DNA of 51,206 bases from assembly GCA_904501715.1 (NCBI GenBank), contig CAJGCD010000001.1, forward strand, positions 1 through 51,206, read 5' to 3'. The translations under genes were made by a program, and so were the position numbers. This document shows, piece by piece, positions 8,065-18,700 of the stretch. The notes under the pieces are model-generated. The model made no database searches and was not told the DNA's origin. It saw only the letters and a program-made list of their open reading frames with translations. Every line of letters starts with the position of its first letter. The first letter of the stretch is position 1. This stretch comes from an uncultured Clostridia bacterium. GTDB lineage: Bacteria; Bacillota; Clostridia; Oscillospirales; CAG-272.

Positions 8065-10031
8065 AGGCTGTATTCCTGACGAGCCATCACGTGGTCCTGA
8101 TACTCTCTGTCAAGCTCAACGAAATACGCCGACCATCCCCATATACGCACTATAAGCTGTCGGTAAGAATCGGGGTCTGCCTGTGCTGCCTTCAGCGTAT
8201 CGAGATTTATAGCGTTGAGCTGAAGCTGATGTCCACCTCTCTCAATAAAGTATTTTATCAGCATAGCAACCTTGGAAATACTGTCCTCGCTTGCGAACAC
8301 GCTTGAAGCAAGCTCAAGGGTAAGCGGACCTCCGTTTACAGTTCTTGTAAGGTCGTTGGCAGTGAAGGACTCTATGTCGCTGACAGGTCCCTTTACTTTC
8401 GCAAAAAGGCTGGGAGAGAAGTTAGTTCCAAATGCCTCGCCCTTTCGTCTTCCGTCGGCGGTAGCGCCTATATCGCGAGCGTGCCACAGATAGAACATAG
8501 CCGTACCCGTACCTGCTCTCCATACGCCGCCAAGACAGTTGCGCTTGCCCTCAAGAGCATCCGCGAAGCTATCAAGGAGAATGCCGCACATAGCGTCGGC
8601 ACGCTCCGAGTCAACACCCATCTTCGGCGCCTCATAACGGAGAGTGTGCAAGAGCTCGGGGTCGTTCTCAAAGTTTGCATCAAGGGCGGCTATAAGGCGC
8701 TCGGGGCTCACACTCTTTTCGTTATATACGTACTTCTCAACGCTCGCCAAAGCGTCAGCCGCAGAAGCAAGACCGCATCCGTGGAGTCCGAAATTGTTGT
8801 ACTTTTTAGCCTCTCTTAACAGATCCATAAAGGGAGATGCCACAAACCAAACATTGGCTATGCTCTCTCTTATTCTGTCACACTCGGCAGTTACTCTGCG
8901 CTTTACGTCACCAAGAAGCGCCTCAAAGCTTGACTTACCTATGTTCTCTCTTATAGCTGCATCAACGAGCTGAGGGAAATTTACCGCTCCGATATTGGCA
9001 ATATCATTTCCCACACCGGGAATTATAAACTCCCAGCACGCCGCAACAACGTAATTAACGGCATCCTCATAATCATATCCCAATCTTTGTAAGCCTTCTA
9101 TGACCACATCGTCGTTGGAATATTGCGGGAAACCAAGTCCCGCACGTGTAAGCTCCGTTCCCTTTTCAAATATGGAAAGAGGTGTTTTCTTGGAAACTCT
9201 CAAATTTATCTTAGGGTCGATAACGAGAAGATTTCTGCTGGCTTCGAGGCAGAGCTCGGAAAGCAGATTAAAGCAATCGTTTCCGTCCTTATCTATGCCG
9301 CCAAGAACCATACTCTGTCCGTTATCGCCCTGCTGAACACCAACGTAAAGGTCGCTGTCCTTATTAAAGGAAAGGAAGAAATCCTCAACGAGCTCAAGCG
9401 CACTCTCACGGGTATAAACGCCTGCATCCATATCATTTTTGAAATAAGGGTACATATACTGGTCAAATCGTCCTACCGTGTTGTGATAGTCACCCTCTAA
9501 CCACAGCGAATAATGAAGTATACGGAAGAACTGCAAAGCCTCGCGGAAGTTTCTCGCACCGTATCTGGGCACCTGAGTCAGCACCTCAACGATATCGCCC
9601 CTACCCATTCGCTTTGCTTCCTCAAGATATCTGTCCGAAAGGGCTATAATACTGTCAATTATACGCTTCTGATACTCGTCGGCAGACTCTCTGCGAGCAA
9701 GAAGACCCACCGAAATAGTCTTCTCGTACTCGGGAGAAAGATTGGATACGTATCCGAGCTCGTGAATATAATGCTCCTTTCGTATCTCTTTCCATTCTTT
9801 CTCGGTATAAACATCGGGCAGATTAGCCACAGTACGCATAAACACTATTTTTTCGTCCGAGTGAATGTGAGGCACTTCAAGAGATGAGAGATATTCAAAC
9901 CTACGCGTCATTCTCTCGGAGCTACACAGACCGAGAGCCGAATATTCAGATGAAAGCTCCTTATCCACCTTAAACCGCAATGCTCTGTGCTCTTTATTTA
10001 TAACGTAGTAGTCATATAAGCTCTTATTCAT
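8061..10031 (-). CDS. Glycyl radical enzyme (PFL-like superfamily, eliminase-type C-x-E active site), 656 aa, substrate unknown
   Basis: Start is MNKSLYDYY at 10031, with GGAG 7 nt upstream. GRE core motifs: REALQFFRILHYSLWLEG, GRFDQYMYPYF, Cys loop VVAACWEFIIPG, and Gly-radical loop LIVRIWGWSAYFVELD near the C-terminus. The track's 965-aa version extends upstream through the antisense strand of the GDPD gene, so I rejected it. Confidence 0.9.
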   Translation of the reverse strand: MNKSLYDYYVINKEHRALRFKVDKELSSEYSALGLCSSERMTRRFEYLSSLEVPHIHSDEKIVFMRTVANLPDVYTEKEWKEIRKEHYIHELGYVSNLSPEYEKTISVGLLARRESADEYQKRIIDSIIALSDRYLEEAKRMGRGDIVEVLTQVPRYGARNFREALQFFRILHYSLWLEGDYHNTVGRFDQYMYPYFKNDMDAGVYTRESALELVEDFFLSFNKDSDLYVGVQQGDNGQSMVLGGIDKDGNDCFNLLSELCLEASRNLLVIDPKINLRVSKKTPLSIFEKGTELTRAGLGFPQYSNDDVVIEGLQRLGYDYEDAVNYVVAACWEFIIPGVGNDIANIGAVNFPQLVDAAIRENIGKSSFEALLGDVKRRVTAECDRIRESIANVWFVASPFMDLLREAKKYNNFGLHGCGLASAADALASVEKYVYNEKSVSPERLIAALDANFENDPELLHTLRYEAPKMGVDSERADAMCGILLDSFADALEGKRNCLGGVWRAGTGTAMFYLWHARDIGATADGRRKGEAFGTNFSPSLFAKVKGPVSDIESFTANDLTRTVNGGPLTLELASSVFASEDSISKVAMLIKYFIERGGHQLQLNAINLDTLKAAQADPDSYRQLIVRIWGWSAYFVELDREYQDHVMARQEYSL

Positions 10032-10062
10032 ATGAATCTCCTTTTTTGTTTTTTTCAATTTG

Positions 10063-10071
10063 ATTATACCA
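10063..10071 (-). promoter_or_regulatory. Candidate extended -10 (TGGTATAAT) for the GRE operon; the -35 is poor, which suggests activator dependence
   Basis: The minus strand reads ...AAAGTGTGGTATAATCAAATTG about 30 nt upstream of the GRE ATG. No good TTGACA lies at 17 bp. Confidence 0.35.
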
Positions 10072-10112
10072 CACTTTATTGCATATTTCAGGCACTTTTT
10101 TGCAGATATACC

Positions 10113-10140
10113 TTGACATTCGGGTAAAAAGTGATATACT
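10113..10140 (+). promoter_or_regulatory. SigA-type promoter for the GDPD gene
   Basis: TTGACA (10113-10118), a 16-nt spacer, then TGATATACT (extended -10, 10132-10140). Confidence 0.5.
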
Positions 10141-10178
10141 AAAATCAACAAAAATAATATATGCCAAAGGAGATACTT

Positions 10179-11015
10179 ATGGATACCAAGGTTACACTTA
10201 CAGGTCACAGAGGATGGCGCGCAAAGTACCCCGAGAACACTATGCTGGGCTTCCGCAAGGCGCTTGAGATAGACGTTGACGCTATCGAGATGGACGCTCA
10301 TATGACCAAGGATTATCAGATAGTTGTCTGCCACGACGCAGACTTGGCACGCACCACCGACACCAAGGGAAAAATTTTCAATATGACCCTTGAGGAGGTA
10401 CGCAAGGCTGACGCGGGAATTAAATTCGGCGAGGAATTCAAGGGCGAAAAGGTTCCGACCTTCGAGGAGTTCGCCGAGCTTATGGCTACCCGCCCCGACG
10501 TAAAGCTTCTTCTTGAGCTTAAGGACTATCCCGAGGAGCTTGGCGATTTTGCGTATGCTTCGGCAGAGGCTACACTCTCTATCTGTAAGAAGTACGGCAT
10601 ATTCGGCAAGGACCGTCTTACCGTTATCACCTTCTCGGCAGGCATATGCGCATGGCTCAGAACCAGATACACAAAGGAGGACTTCTCCATCCACGGCTTC
10701 TATCCCAAGACCTGTATGAGAGGCTGGGAGAAGGACGACCCCTATAAGTACTATGATGAGGTATGCCTTTTCAACTGGGGCGACAAGACCCCTCAGGGCT
10801 TCCCCATAGACCACGGCACACCCGTAGCGGATAAGGCAAGATTTACCGAGTTTGCGCTTATGGGTATTAAGCCTTGCGTATATTACGGAATGAACACCGA
10901 CGAGAACGTTTACCGTCAGGCATTCGAGAATGGCGCCATAGGATTTACCTGTGACCACCCCGACGTCTGCGGTGAGATACTCGATAAGCTTGGCGCGCGT
11001 AAGCTTAAGAAATAA
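10179..11015 (+). CDS. Glycerophosphodiester phosphodiesterase (GDPD family), cytoplasmic
   Basis: I prefer the start MDTKVTL (ATG 10179, RBS AAAGGAGA). LTGHRGWRAKYPENTMLGFRKALEIDVDAIEMDAHMTKDYQIVVCHDADLARTTD is the GDPD signature. Confidence 0.85.
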   Translation: MDTKVTLTGHRGWRAKYPENTMLGFRKALEIDVDAIEMDAHMTKDYQIVVCHDADLARTTDTKGKIFNMTLEEVRKADAGIKFGEEFKGEKVPTFEEFAELMATRPDVKLLLELKDYPEELGDFAYASAEATLSICKKYGIFGKDRLTVITFSAGICAWLRTRYTKEDFSIHGFYPKTCMRGWEKDDPYKYYDEVCLFNWGDKTPQGFPIDHGTPVADKARFTEFALMGIKPCVYYGMNTDENVYRQAFENGAIGFTCDHPDVCGEILDKLGARKLKK

Positions 11016-11037
11016 TAACGCTTATATTTATAACCTA

Positions 11038-11066
11038 AAGAGTACGGATGAACTCCGTACTCTTTT
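11038..11066 (+). terminator. Rho-independent terminator
   Basis: Stem AAGAGTACGGA / TCCGTACTCTT with a 5-nt loop, followed by TT. Confidence 0.65.
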
Positions 11067-11114
11067 GACTATGTACTTAAAAGCTCAAAAAACCTGAAAA
11101 ATCCAAAAATTCTA

Positions 11115-11143
11115 TTTACAAATTTCGCCAATTGTGCTATACT
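11115..11143 (+). promoter_or_regulatory. SigA-type promoter for ygjV-azlCD
   Basis: TTTACA, a 17-nt spacer, then TGCTATACT (extended -10). Confidence 0.5.
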
Positions 11144-11175
11144 TTACTCCGTGATTATCTTTTGAGGAGCTTTTT

Positions 11176-11712
11176 ATGGAACTGACTGAAATAATAGGTC
11201 ATATACTCGGCTTCGTTGCTCTTATAGTAATATTTTTCACCTATCAGATGCGTGAAAAAAGGCTTATCATAGTTACCCAGACCGTATCTATAATCCTGAT
11301 GTGTCTGCAATACCTTCTCATAGGCGCTTACTCGGGATTTCTCTTGAACGTTGTATGCATAGTACGAAATATAGCCTACTATTACAAGGACAAAAAGCTT
11401 TTTTCCTCACCTCTTGTTCCCGCTGTATTTGCCGCCGCTATTATCGGCTTGAGCATATTCTCCTGGGAGGGCTATTACTCGGTATTTATGATACTTGCGC
11501 TCTCCATAAATACTCTTTGCCTTGGATACTTCGGCCCTCAAAAGCTCCGCGTCAGCCTTTTGTTTACCTGCACCTGCGCTATAATATACGATCTTTTCGT
11601 AGGCTCCGTGACAGGTATTGCTTTTGAGTCCATAGCCATAATCTCTGCCATCGTCGGCATAATACGCTTTACTAAGGACAGCACATCTCAATCAAAAAAG
11701 GATAAGCAATGA
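11176..11712 (+). CDS. YgjV-family inner-membrane protein
   Basis: A 178-aa, roughly 6-TM protein. The N-terminal pattern IGFVALIVIFFTYQMREKR...LLIGAYSGFLLNVVCIVRN resembles YgjV. Confidence 0.55.
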   Translation: MELTEIIGHILGFVALIVIFFTYQMREKRLIIVTQTVSIILMCLQYLLIGAYSGFLLNVVCIVRNIAYYYKDKKLFSSPLVPAVFAAAIIGLSIFSWEGYYSVFMILALSINTLCLGYFGPQKLRVSLLFTCTCAIIYDLFVGSVTGIAFESIAIISAIVGIIRFTKDSTSQSKKDKQ

Positions 11713-12428
11713 CTAAAAAACAATGGTTTGCCAAGGGAGCAATGGCGGGTATTCCCATTTCTCTGGGTTACTTTGCCGTAGCAATCGCCTTGGGTATTTC
11801 AGCAAAAAAAGCAGGAATAAGTGTGCTTCAGGCATCGGTCACCAGCCTGCTCATAAACGCATCCGCGGGCGAATACGCAGGCTTTACTCTCATCGCGGCG
11901 GGCGCTACCTATCTTGAAGTAATATTTATGGAAGCAGTCGCCAACGCCAGATATCTGCTTATGTCCACGGCGCTCAGCCAGAGACTGGAGCCGGGCACGG
12001 GAATATTAAAACGGCTTTTATTGGGCTTTACCGTCACCGACGAGATATTCGGCGTATCCATAGGACTTGACGGCTACGTCAGCCCCTATTTCACCTACGG
12101 CGCATTCGTGGTGGCTACCTGCGGATGGACGTCGGGAACTATGTTCGGCGCTTTGCTGGGCGAGATATTACCCTCAAGCGTAGTCAGTGCGCTCAGCGTA
12201 GGACTTTTCGGAATGTTCATATCGATATTTATCCCCGAGGCAAAGAAAAACAAGATAGTTGCCGCTCTGGTAGTTATCAGCTTTGCCGTGTCGCTTACCT
12301 TCGCTAAGCTGCCTTACATCTCGGATATCCCCGAGGGCATAAGAGTCATAATCATTACTGTTCTTATCTCGGTAGGCGCGGCGCTCCTCTTCCCCATCAA
12401 AGAAAAGGAGGAAAGCGAAAATGGATAA
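11709..12428 (+). CDS. azlC: AzlC-family branched-chain amino acid exporter subunit
   Basis: GIPISLGYFAVAIALGISAKKAGIS...NASAGEYAG is typical of AzlC. It overlaps ygjV by 4 nt and azlD by 8 nt. Confidence 0.8.
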   Translation: MTKKQWFAKGAMAGIPISLGYFAVAIALGISAKKAGISVLQASVTSLLINASAGEYAGFTLIAAGATYLEVIFMEAVANARYLLMSTALSQRLEPGTGILKRLLLGFTVTDEIFGVSIGLDGYVSPYFTYGAFVVATCGWTSGTMFGALLGEILPSSVVSALSVGLFGMFISIFIPEAKKNKIVAALVVISFAVSLTFAKLPYISDIPEGIRVIIITVLISVGAALLFPIKEKEESENG

Positions 12429-12738
12429 GATATGGATATACATAATCTGTATGGCGGCAGTGACCTATCTTATAAGGGTGATACCGCTGACCCTCATCAG
12501 AAAGCCTATAAAGAACGTATTTTTACGCTCATTCCTTTACTACGTACCCTACGTTACGTTGGCGGTAATGACCTTCCCCGCCATAGTTGACGCTACGGGA
12601 TATCCTCTCGCGGGGCTTATTGCCTTCTTTGTGGCAATCGCCTTGGCTTATTTCGGTAAGGGACTGTTTTTCGTCAGCGTTTCTGCCTGCGTTACGGTAT
12701 TCGTTCTTGAAAGAATATTTGATATTTTTATAAAGTAA
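12421..12738 (+). CDS. azlD: AzlD-family small membrane subunit
   Basis: A 105-aa hydrophobic protein directly following and overlapping azlC. Confidence 0.75.
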   Translation: MDKIWIYIICMAAVTYLIRVIPLTLIRKPIKNVFLRSFLYYVPYVTLAVMTFPAIVDATGYPLAGLIAFFVAIALAYFGKGLFFVSVSACVTVFVLERIFDIFIK

Positions 12739-12770
12739 AAAAATCCGAGAGCTCAGCTCTCGGATTTTTA
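12737..12770. terminator. Bidirectional terminator shared by azlD (+) and the beta-galactosidase gene (-)
   Basis: Stem TCCGAGAGC (12744-12752) / GCTCTCGGA (12756-12764), flanked by A7 and T5. Confidence 0.8.
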
Positions 12771-12771
12771 T

Positions 12772-15584
<2,813 letters not shown>

Positions 15585-15674
15585 ATTGACCTCCAAGTCT
15601 TTGTATCATAAGGACATTATATCACGGAAAGCTTCCTTTTTCAACCTTTCAACCGCTTTTCTAAATTTATTTTT

Positions 15675-15703
15675 ACAAAAAAGAGCGGAGGTGCCGCTCT
15701 TTT
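15675..15703 (-). terminator. Rho-independent terminator after the 390-aa membrane protein gene
   Basis: Stem AAGAGCGG / CCGCTCTT with a 5-nt loop, then a T-run on the minus strand. Confidence 0.65.
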
Positions 15704-15706
15704 CTC

Positions 15707-16879
15707 TTATAGATACTGCCTTAGTATGGCGTTTATAAAATTGTCGCTTCTGTAAAGGTAATACCCCATGACCTTGTCACCGCTGTGCAGCTCGCGATTG
15801 CGTAGCCCGTCCGTGGCATATATGTGTAGCGCACCGGGATTTACCACTATTATCTTCCTTGCTCCATTATCCGCGTCAAAATAGTATCTCTCACTTTTGT
15901 AATGCGTTGCTATGGCTGCCCGATGCTCGTAGGTAACTACTCCCGCCTCGTCAAGCATAACTATATAACGTCTTTTTAGCGGTGTGATCAGCTTGCAGAA
16001 GTATTTCTGTCCTTCTCTCTCAAGTACTATATTTGCTCCCTCATAGGAGTTGAATACCGAGCGGTATACCCCTTTAGCGCTTACCAGCCTGCCAAAGCCA
16101 CCCCTCAGCGCCTTCTTCATATGCTTCATAAGCCGATGTCGGTGATATATCGCTCTTATGTATTTGAAGGTGAAAAGCCACAGTATGAGCAACAGCACCA
16201 TAATCGTCATAGTAACTATAAGCATCCAAAAGGTCATCATCACCGACCAGACAAAGGGTATCACCACGGGAAGGACCAAGGCTCCCGCCAGATACATAGC
16301 TACGCTGAAGCCCACCTGCTTTATCCAATCTATCGCGTCCTTTTTCTTTAATATCTCTCTTCTCTTTTCTCTGGGACGCGCCCACCAATTGAGCGTAGCG
16401 CAATAAGCCACGAGAGAAAAAAAGGTAACGGTAACGAAGGATACCACAAGAAATATGAAAAAATGCCATTTTGCGTCCACCGACAAAAGAAATCCGTACC
16501 GCATATCGGTATATGCCCACGATGGCATTATTGCCGTCAGGGCGCACAGCGTAATAACGTCGCACCACAGCTCCCCCGAGCGCAACACAAAGGTCAGCTT
16601 TGCGAAAAAGCCCTTGAGTCTCTCCTCGCAGGAAAGAAAGCGCGCGCGGTATTCTCTGTCGTGAAGAACAAATATGCTTATAAGAGAGAATTGAATCAGA
16701 AACAAGTAACCGTACCTTACGGCAGAATATAGGTCTTCTGTCCAGAAGCCCTGTATGTAACGCTCAAAAATACCGCTCGCCGTGAAGAGCGGAAGCAAAA
16801 ACGCCACCGCAAGATATACCGTATAAAGAACCGTTGCCTTTCCTATCCGGCGCAATATCGCTTTCCTTGACTCTGTCAT
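15707..16879 (-). CDS. Hypothetical polytopic membrane protein with a soluble C-terminal domain of about 130 aa
   Basis: 390-aa ORF. It has about 7-8 hydrophobic segments and a basic loop RPREKRREILKKKD. The C-terminal domain GANIVLEREGQKYFCKLI...YYFDADNGARKIIVVNPG matches no family I recognise. Confidence 0.55.
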   Translation of the reverse strand: MTESRKAILRRIGKATVLYTVYLAVAFLLPLFTASGIFERYIQGFWTEDLYSAVRYGYLFLIQFSLISIFVLHDREYRARFLSCEERLKGFFAKLTFVLRSGELWCDVITLCALTAIMPSWAYTDMRYGFLLSVDAKWHFFIFLVVSFVTVTFFSLVAYCATLNWWARPREKRREILKKKDAIDWIKQVGFSVAMYLAGALVLPVVIPFVWSVMMTFWMLIVTMTIMVLLLILWLFTFKYIRAIYHRHRLMKHMKKALRGGFGRLVSAKGVYRSVFNSYEGANIVLEREGQKYFCKLITPLKRRYIVMLDEAGVVTYEHRAAIATHYKSERYYFDADNGARKIIVVNPGALHIYATDGLRNRELHSGDKVMGYYLYRSDNFINAILRQYL

Positions 16880-16985
16880 CTCGATGCCCCCTTTCCAAAG
16901 CTGTATCCCTTTTAGATAATTATAACTACTATCCTGTTTGATGTCAACCTTTTTTGATTATTATTAAATATTTGAAAAATATATC

Positions 16986-17014
16986 TTTACTTTTGTCCCT
17001 TTTTGTGATATAAT
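16986..17014 (+). promoter_or_regulatory. SigA-type promoter for putP
   Basis: TTTACT, a 17-nt spacer, then TGATATAAT (extended -10). Confidence 0.5.
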
Positions 17015-17061
17015 TGGATTTAATATCTTTTTTTGCATAAAATTTCAAAGGAGCAATATCA

Positions 17062-18636
17062 ATGGACGGAAATACTATTCAGATTTTGATATCAATGGTA
17101 ATCTACATGGCAGTAGTTATCGGTATCGGAATCATATTCGCAAAAAGAGCAAACGCAAGCTCTGAAAACTACTTTTTGGGAGGCCGCTCGCTTGGACCTT
17201 GGGTCACCGCTATGAGCGCAGAGGCTTCCGACATGAGCGGATGGCTTTTGATGGGCCTTCCCGGTGTAGCATACTGGTGCGGTCTTGCCGACGCGGCGTG
17301 GACTGCTATCGGTCTTGCTATCGGTACTTATTTTAACTGGCTGATAGTTTCAAAGAGACTTCGCCGTTACAGTGTAAGAGCCAATAACTCTATCACTCTT
17401 CCCGAATTTTTCTCTAACAGATTCCGCGAGAAGAACAAGGTCATAATGACTCTCGCCGCAGCGTTCATACTCATATTCTTCACTGTATACGCTGCAAGCT
17501 GCTTCGTTACCTGCGGAAAGCTCTTCTCCACTCTTTTCGGCACTCCCTACATCGCTATGATGCTTCTTGGTGCCGTATTCGTTCTGGTCTACACCATACT
17601 CGGCGGCTTCCTTGCAGAAAGTGCCTCTGACTTTATGCAGGCTATCGTAATGATAGTGGCACTCGTAGTCGTTGTAGTTCTGGGTACTGTGACCGCAGGA
17701 GGTATAGGTGCCGTTATAGATAACGCCAACAATATCCCCGGATTTCTTGATTTCTTCGGCCTTGCCACACCCGTTACCAACGAGGCAGGTGAGCAGGCTG
17801 TTATCGCGGGAACACCTATTTTCGGTGAGGCTTCCCCCTACGGTATCCTCACTATCTGCTCAATGATGGCTTGGGGTCTCGGCTACTTCGGTATGCCTCA
17901 GGTCCTCCTCCGCTTTATGGCTATCCGCCGCGAGGACGAGCTCAAGCGCTCAAGACGCATAGCTATGGTCTGGGTAGTTATCTCCCTTAGTGTTGCCGTA
18001 TTTATAGGAATTATGGGCAGACAGCTCTTCCCTGTGGCTCACGTTACAAAATCGGCAGCTGAGAATATCTTTATCACCCTTTCCACAAAGCTTCTTCCTC
18101 CCCTTCTCGCGGGATTTGTAATGGCGGGAATTCTTGCGGCTACCATAAGCTCCTCCGATTCCTATCTTCTCATTGCCGCTTCGGCGTTCTCCAAAAACGT
18201 ATTCCAAGGAATACTCAAGAAGAACGCTACCGACAAGCAGGTAATGTGGGTATCGAGAATAACCCTTCTTGCTATCGCGGTAATCGCCGCTATTATAGCT
18301 CTTGACGAAAACAGCGTTATCTTCACTATCGTATCCTTTGCGTGGGCAGGCTTCGGAGCGACCTTTGGTCCTCTTATGCTCTTCTCTCTCTTCTGGAAGA
18401 GAACGACACAGGCAGGCGCTATCGCGGGTATGATAGGCGGCGCGGGCATGGTATTCCTCTGGAAGCTTGTGCTCAATCCCCTTGGCGGAGTGTTCGCTAT
18501 ATACGAGCTTCTTCCCGCGTTCATCTTCTCTGCTATCTGCATAGCTGTAGTATCTCTTCTTACCAAGAAGCCCTCCGCTGAAGTAGAGGAAGACTTCGAG
18601 GCTGTAAAGCATGGCACAGAGGACGTTTTAGTCTGA
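17062..18636 (+). CDS. putP: Sodium/proline symporter (SSS family)
   Basis: YFLGGRSLGPWVTAMSAEASDMSGWLLMGLPGVAY closely matches the PutP signature. The protein is 524 aa with about 13 TM segments. Confidence 0.9.
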   Translation: MDGNTIQILISMVIYMAVVIGIGIIFAKRANASSENYFLGGRSLGPWVTAMSAEASDMSGWLLMGLPGVAYWCGLADAAWTAIGLAIGTYFNWLIVSKRLRRYSVRANNSITLPEFFSNRFREKNKVIMTLAAAFILIFFTVYAASCFVTCGKLFSTLFGTPYIAMMLLGAVFVLVYTILGGFLAESASDFMQAIVMIVALVVVVVLGTVTAGGIGAVIDNANNIPGFLDFFGLATPVTNEAGEQAVIAGTPIFGEASPYGILTICSMMAWGLGYFGMPQVLLRFMAIRREDELKRSRRIAMVWVVISLSVAVFIGIMGRQLFPVAHVTKSAAENIFITLSTKLLPPLLAGFVMAGILAATISSSDSYLLIAASAFSKNVFQGILKKNATDKQVMWVSRITLLAIAVIAAIIALDENSVIFTIVSFAWAGFGATFGPLMLFSLFWKRTTQAGAIAGMIGGAGMVFLWKLVLNPLGGVFAIYELLPAFIFSAICIAVVSLLTKKPSAEVEEDFEAVKHGTEDVLV

Positions 18637-18667
18637 TAATATAAATAAATCTGATAATATAAATAAA
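18632..18667 (+). repeat. Perfect tandem duplication of an 18-nt unit (TCTGATAATATAAATAAA x2) spanning the putP stop codon
   Basis: Bases 18632-18649 and 18650-18667 are identical. Confidence 0.9.
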
Positions 18668-18700
18668 AAAGAAAAAGCCGCAAGTGCGGCTTTTTCTTTT
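18664..18700. terminator. Bidirectional terminator between putP (+) and the AraC gene (-)
   Basis: AAAAAGCCGC-AAGT-GCGGCTTTTT, flanked by A and T runs. Confidence 0.75.

Noticed and set aside
8061-10958. The 965-aa minus-strand ORF in the track, which would make the GRE a normal or large size.
   Set aside because: The upstream 309 codons run antisense through the well-supported GDPD gene and its promoter region and have Cys/Leu/Val-rich nonsense composition with no GRE similarity. A Met with a GGAG RBS at 10031 starts the recognisable protein.
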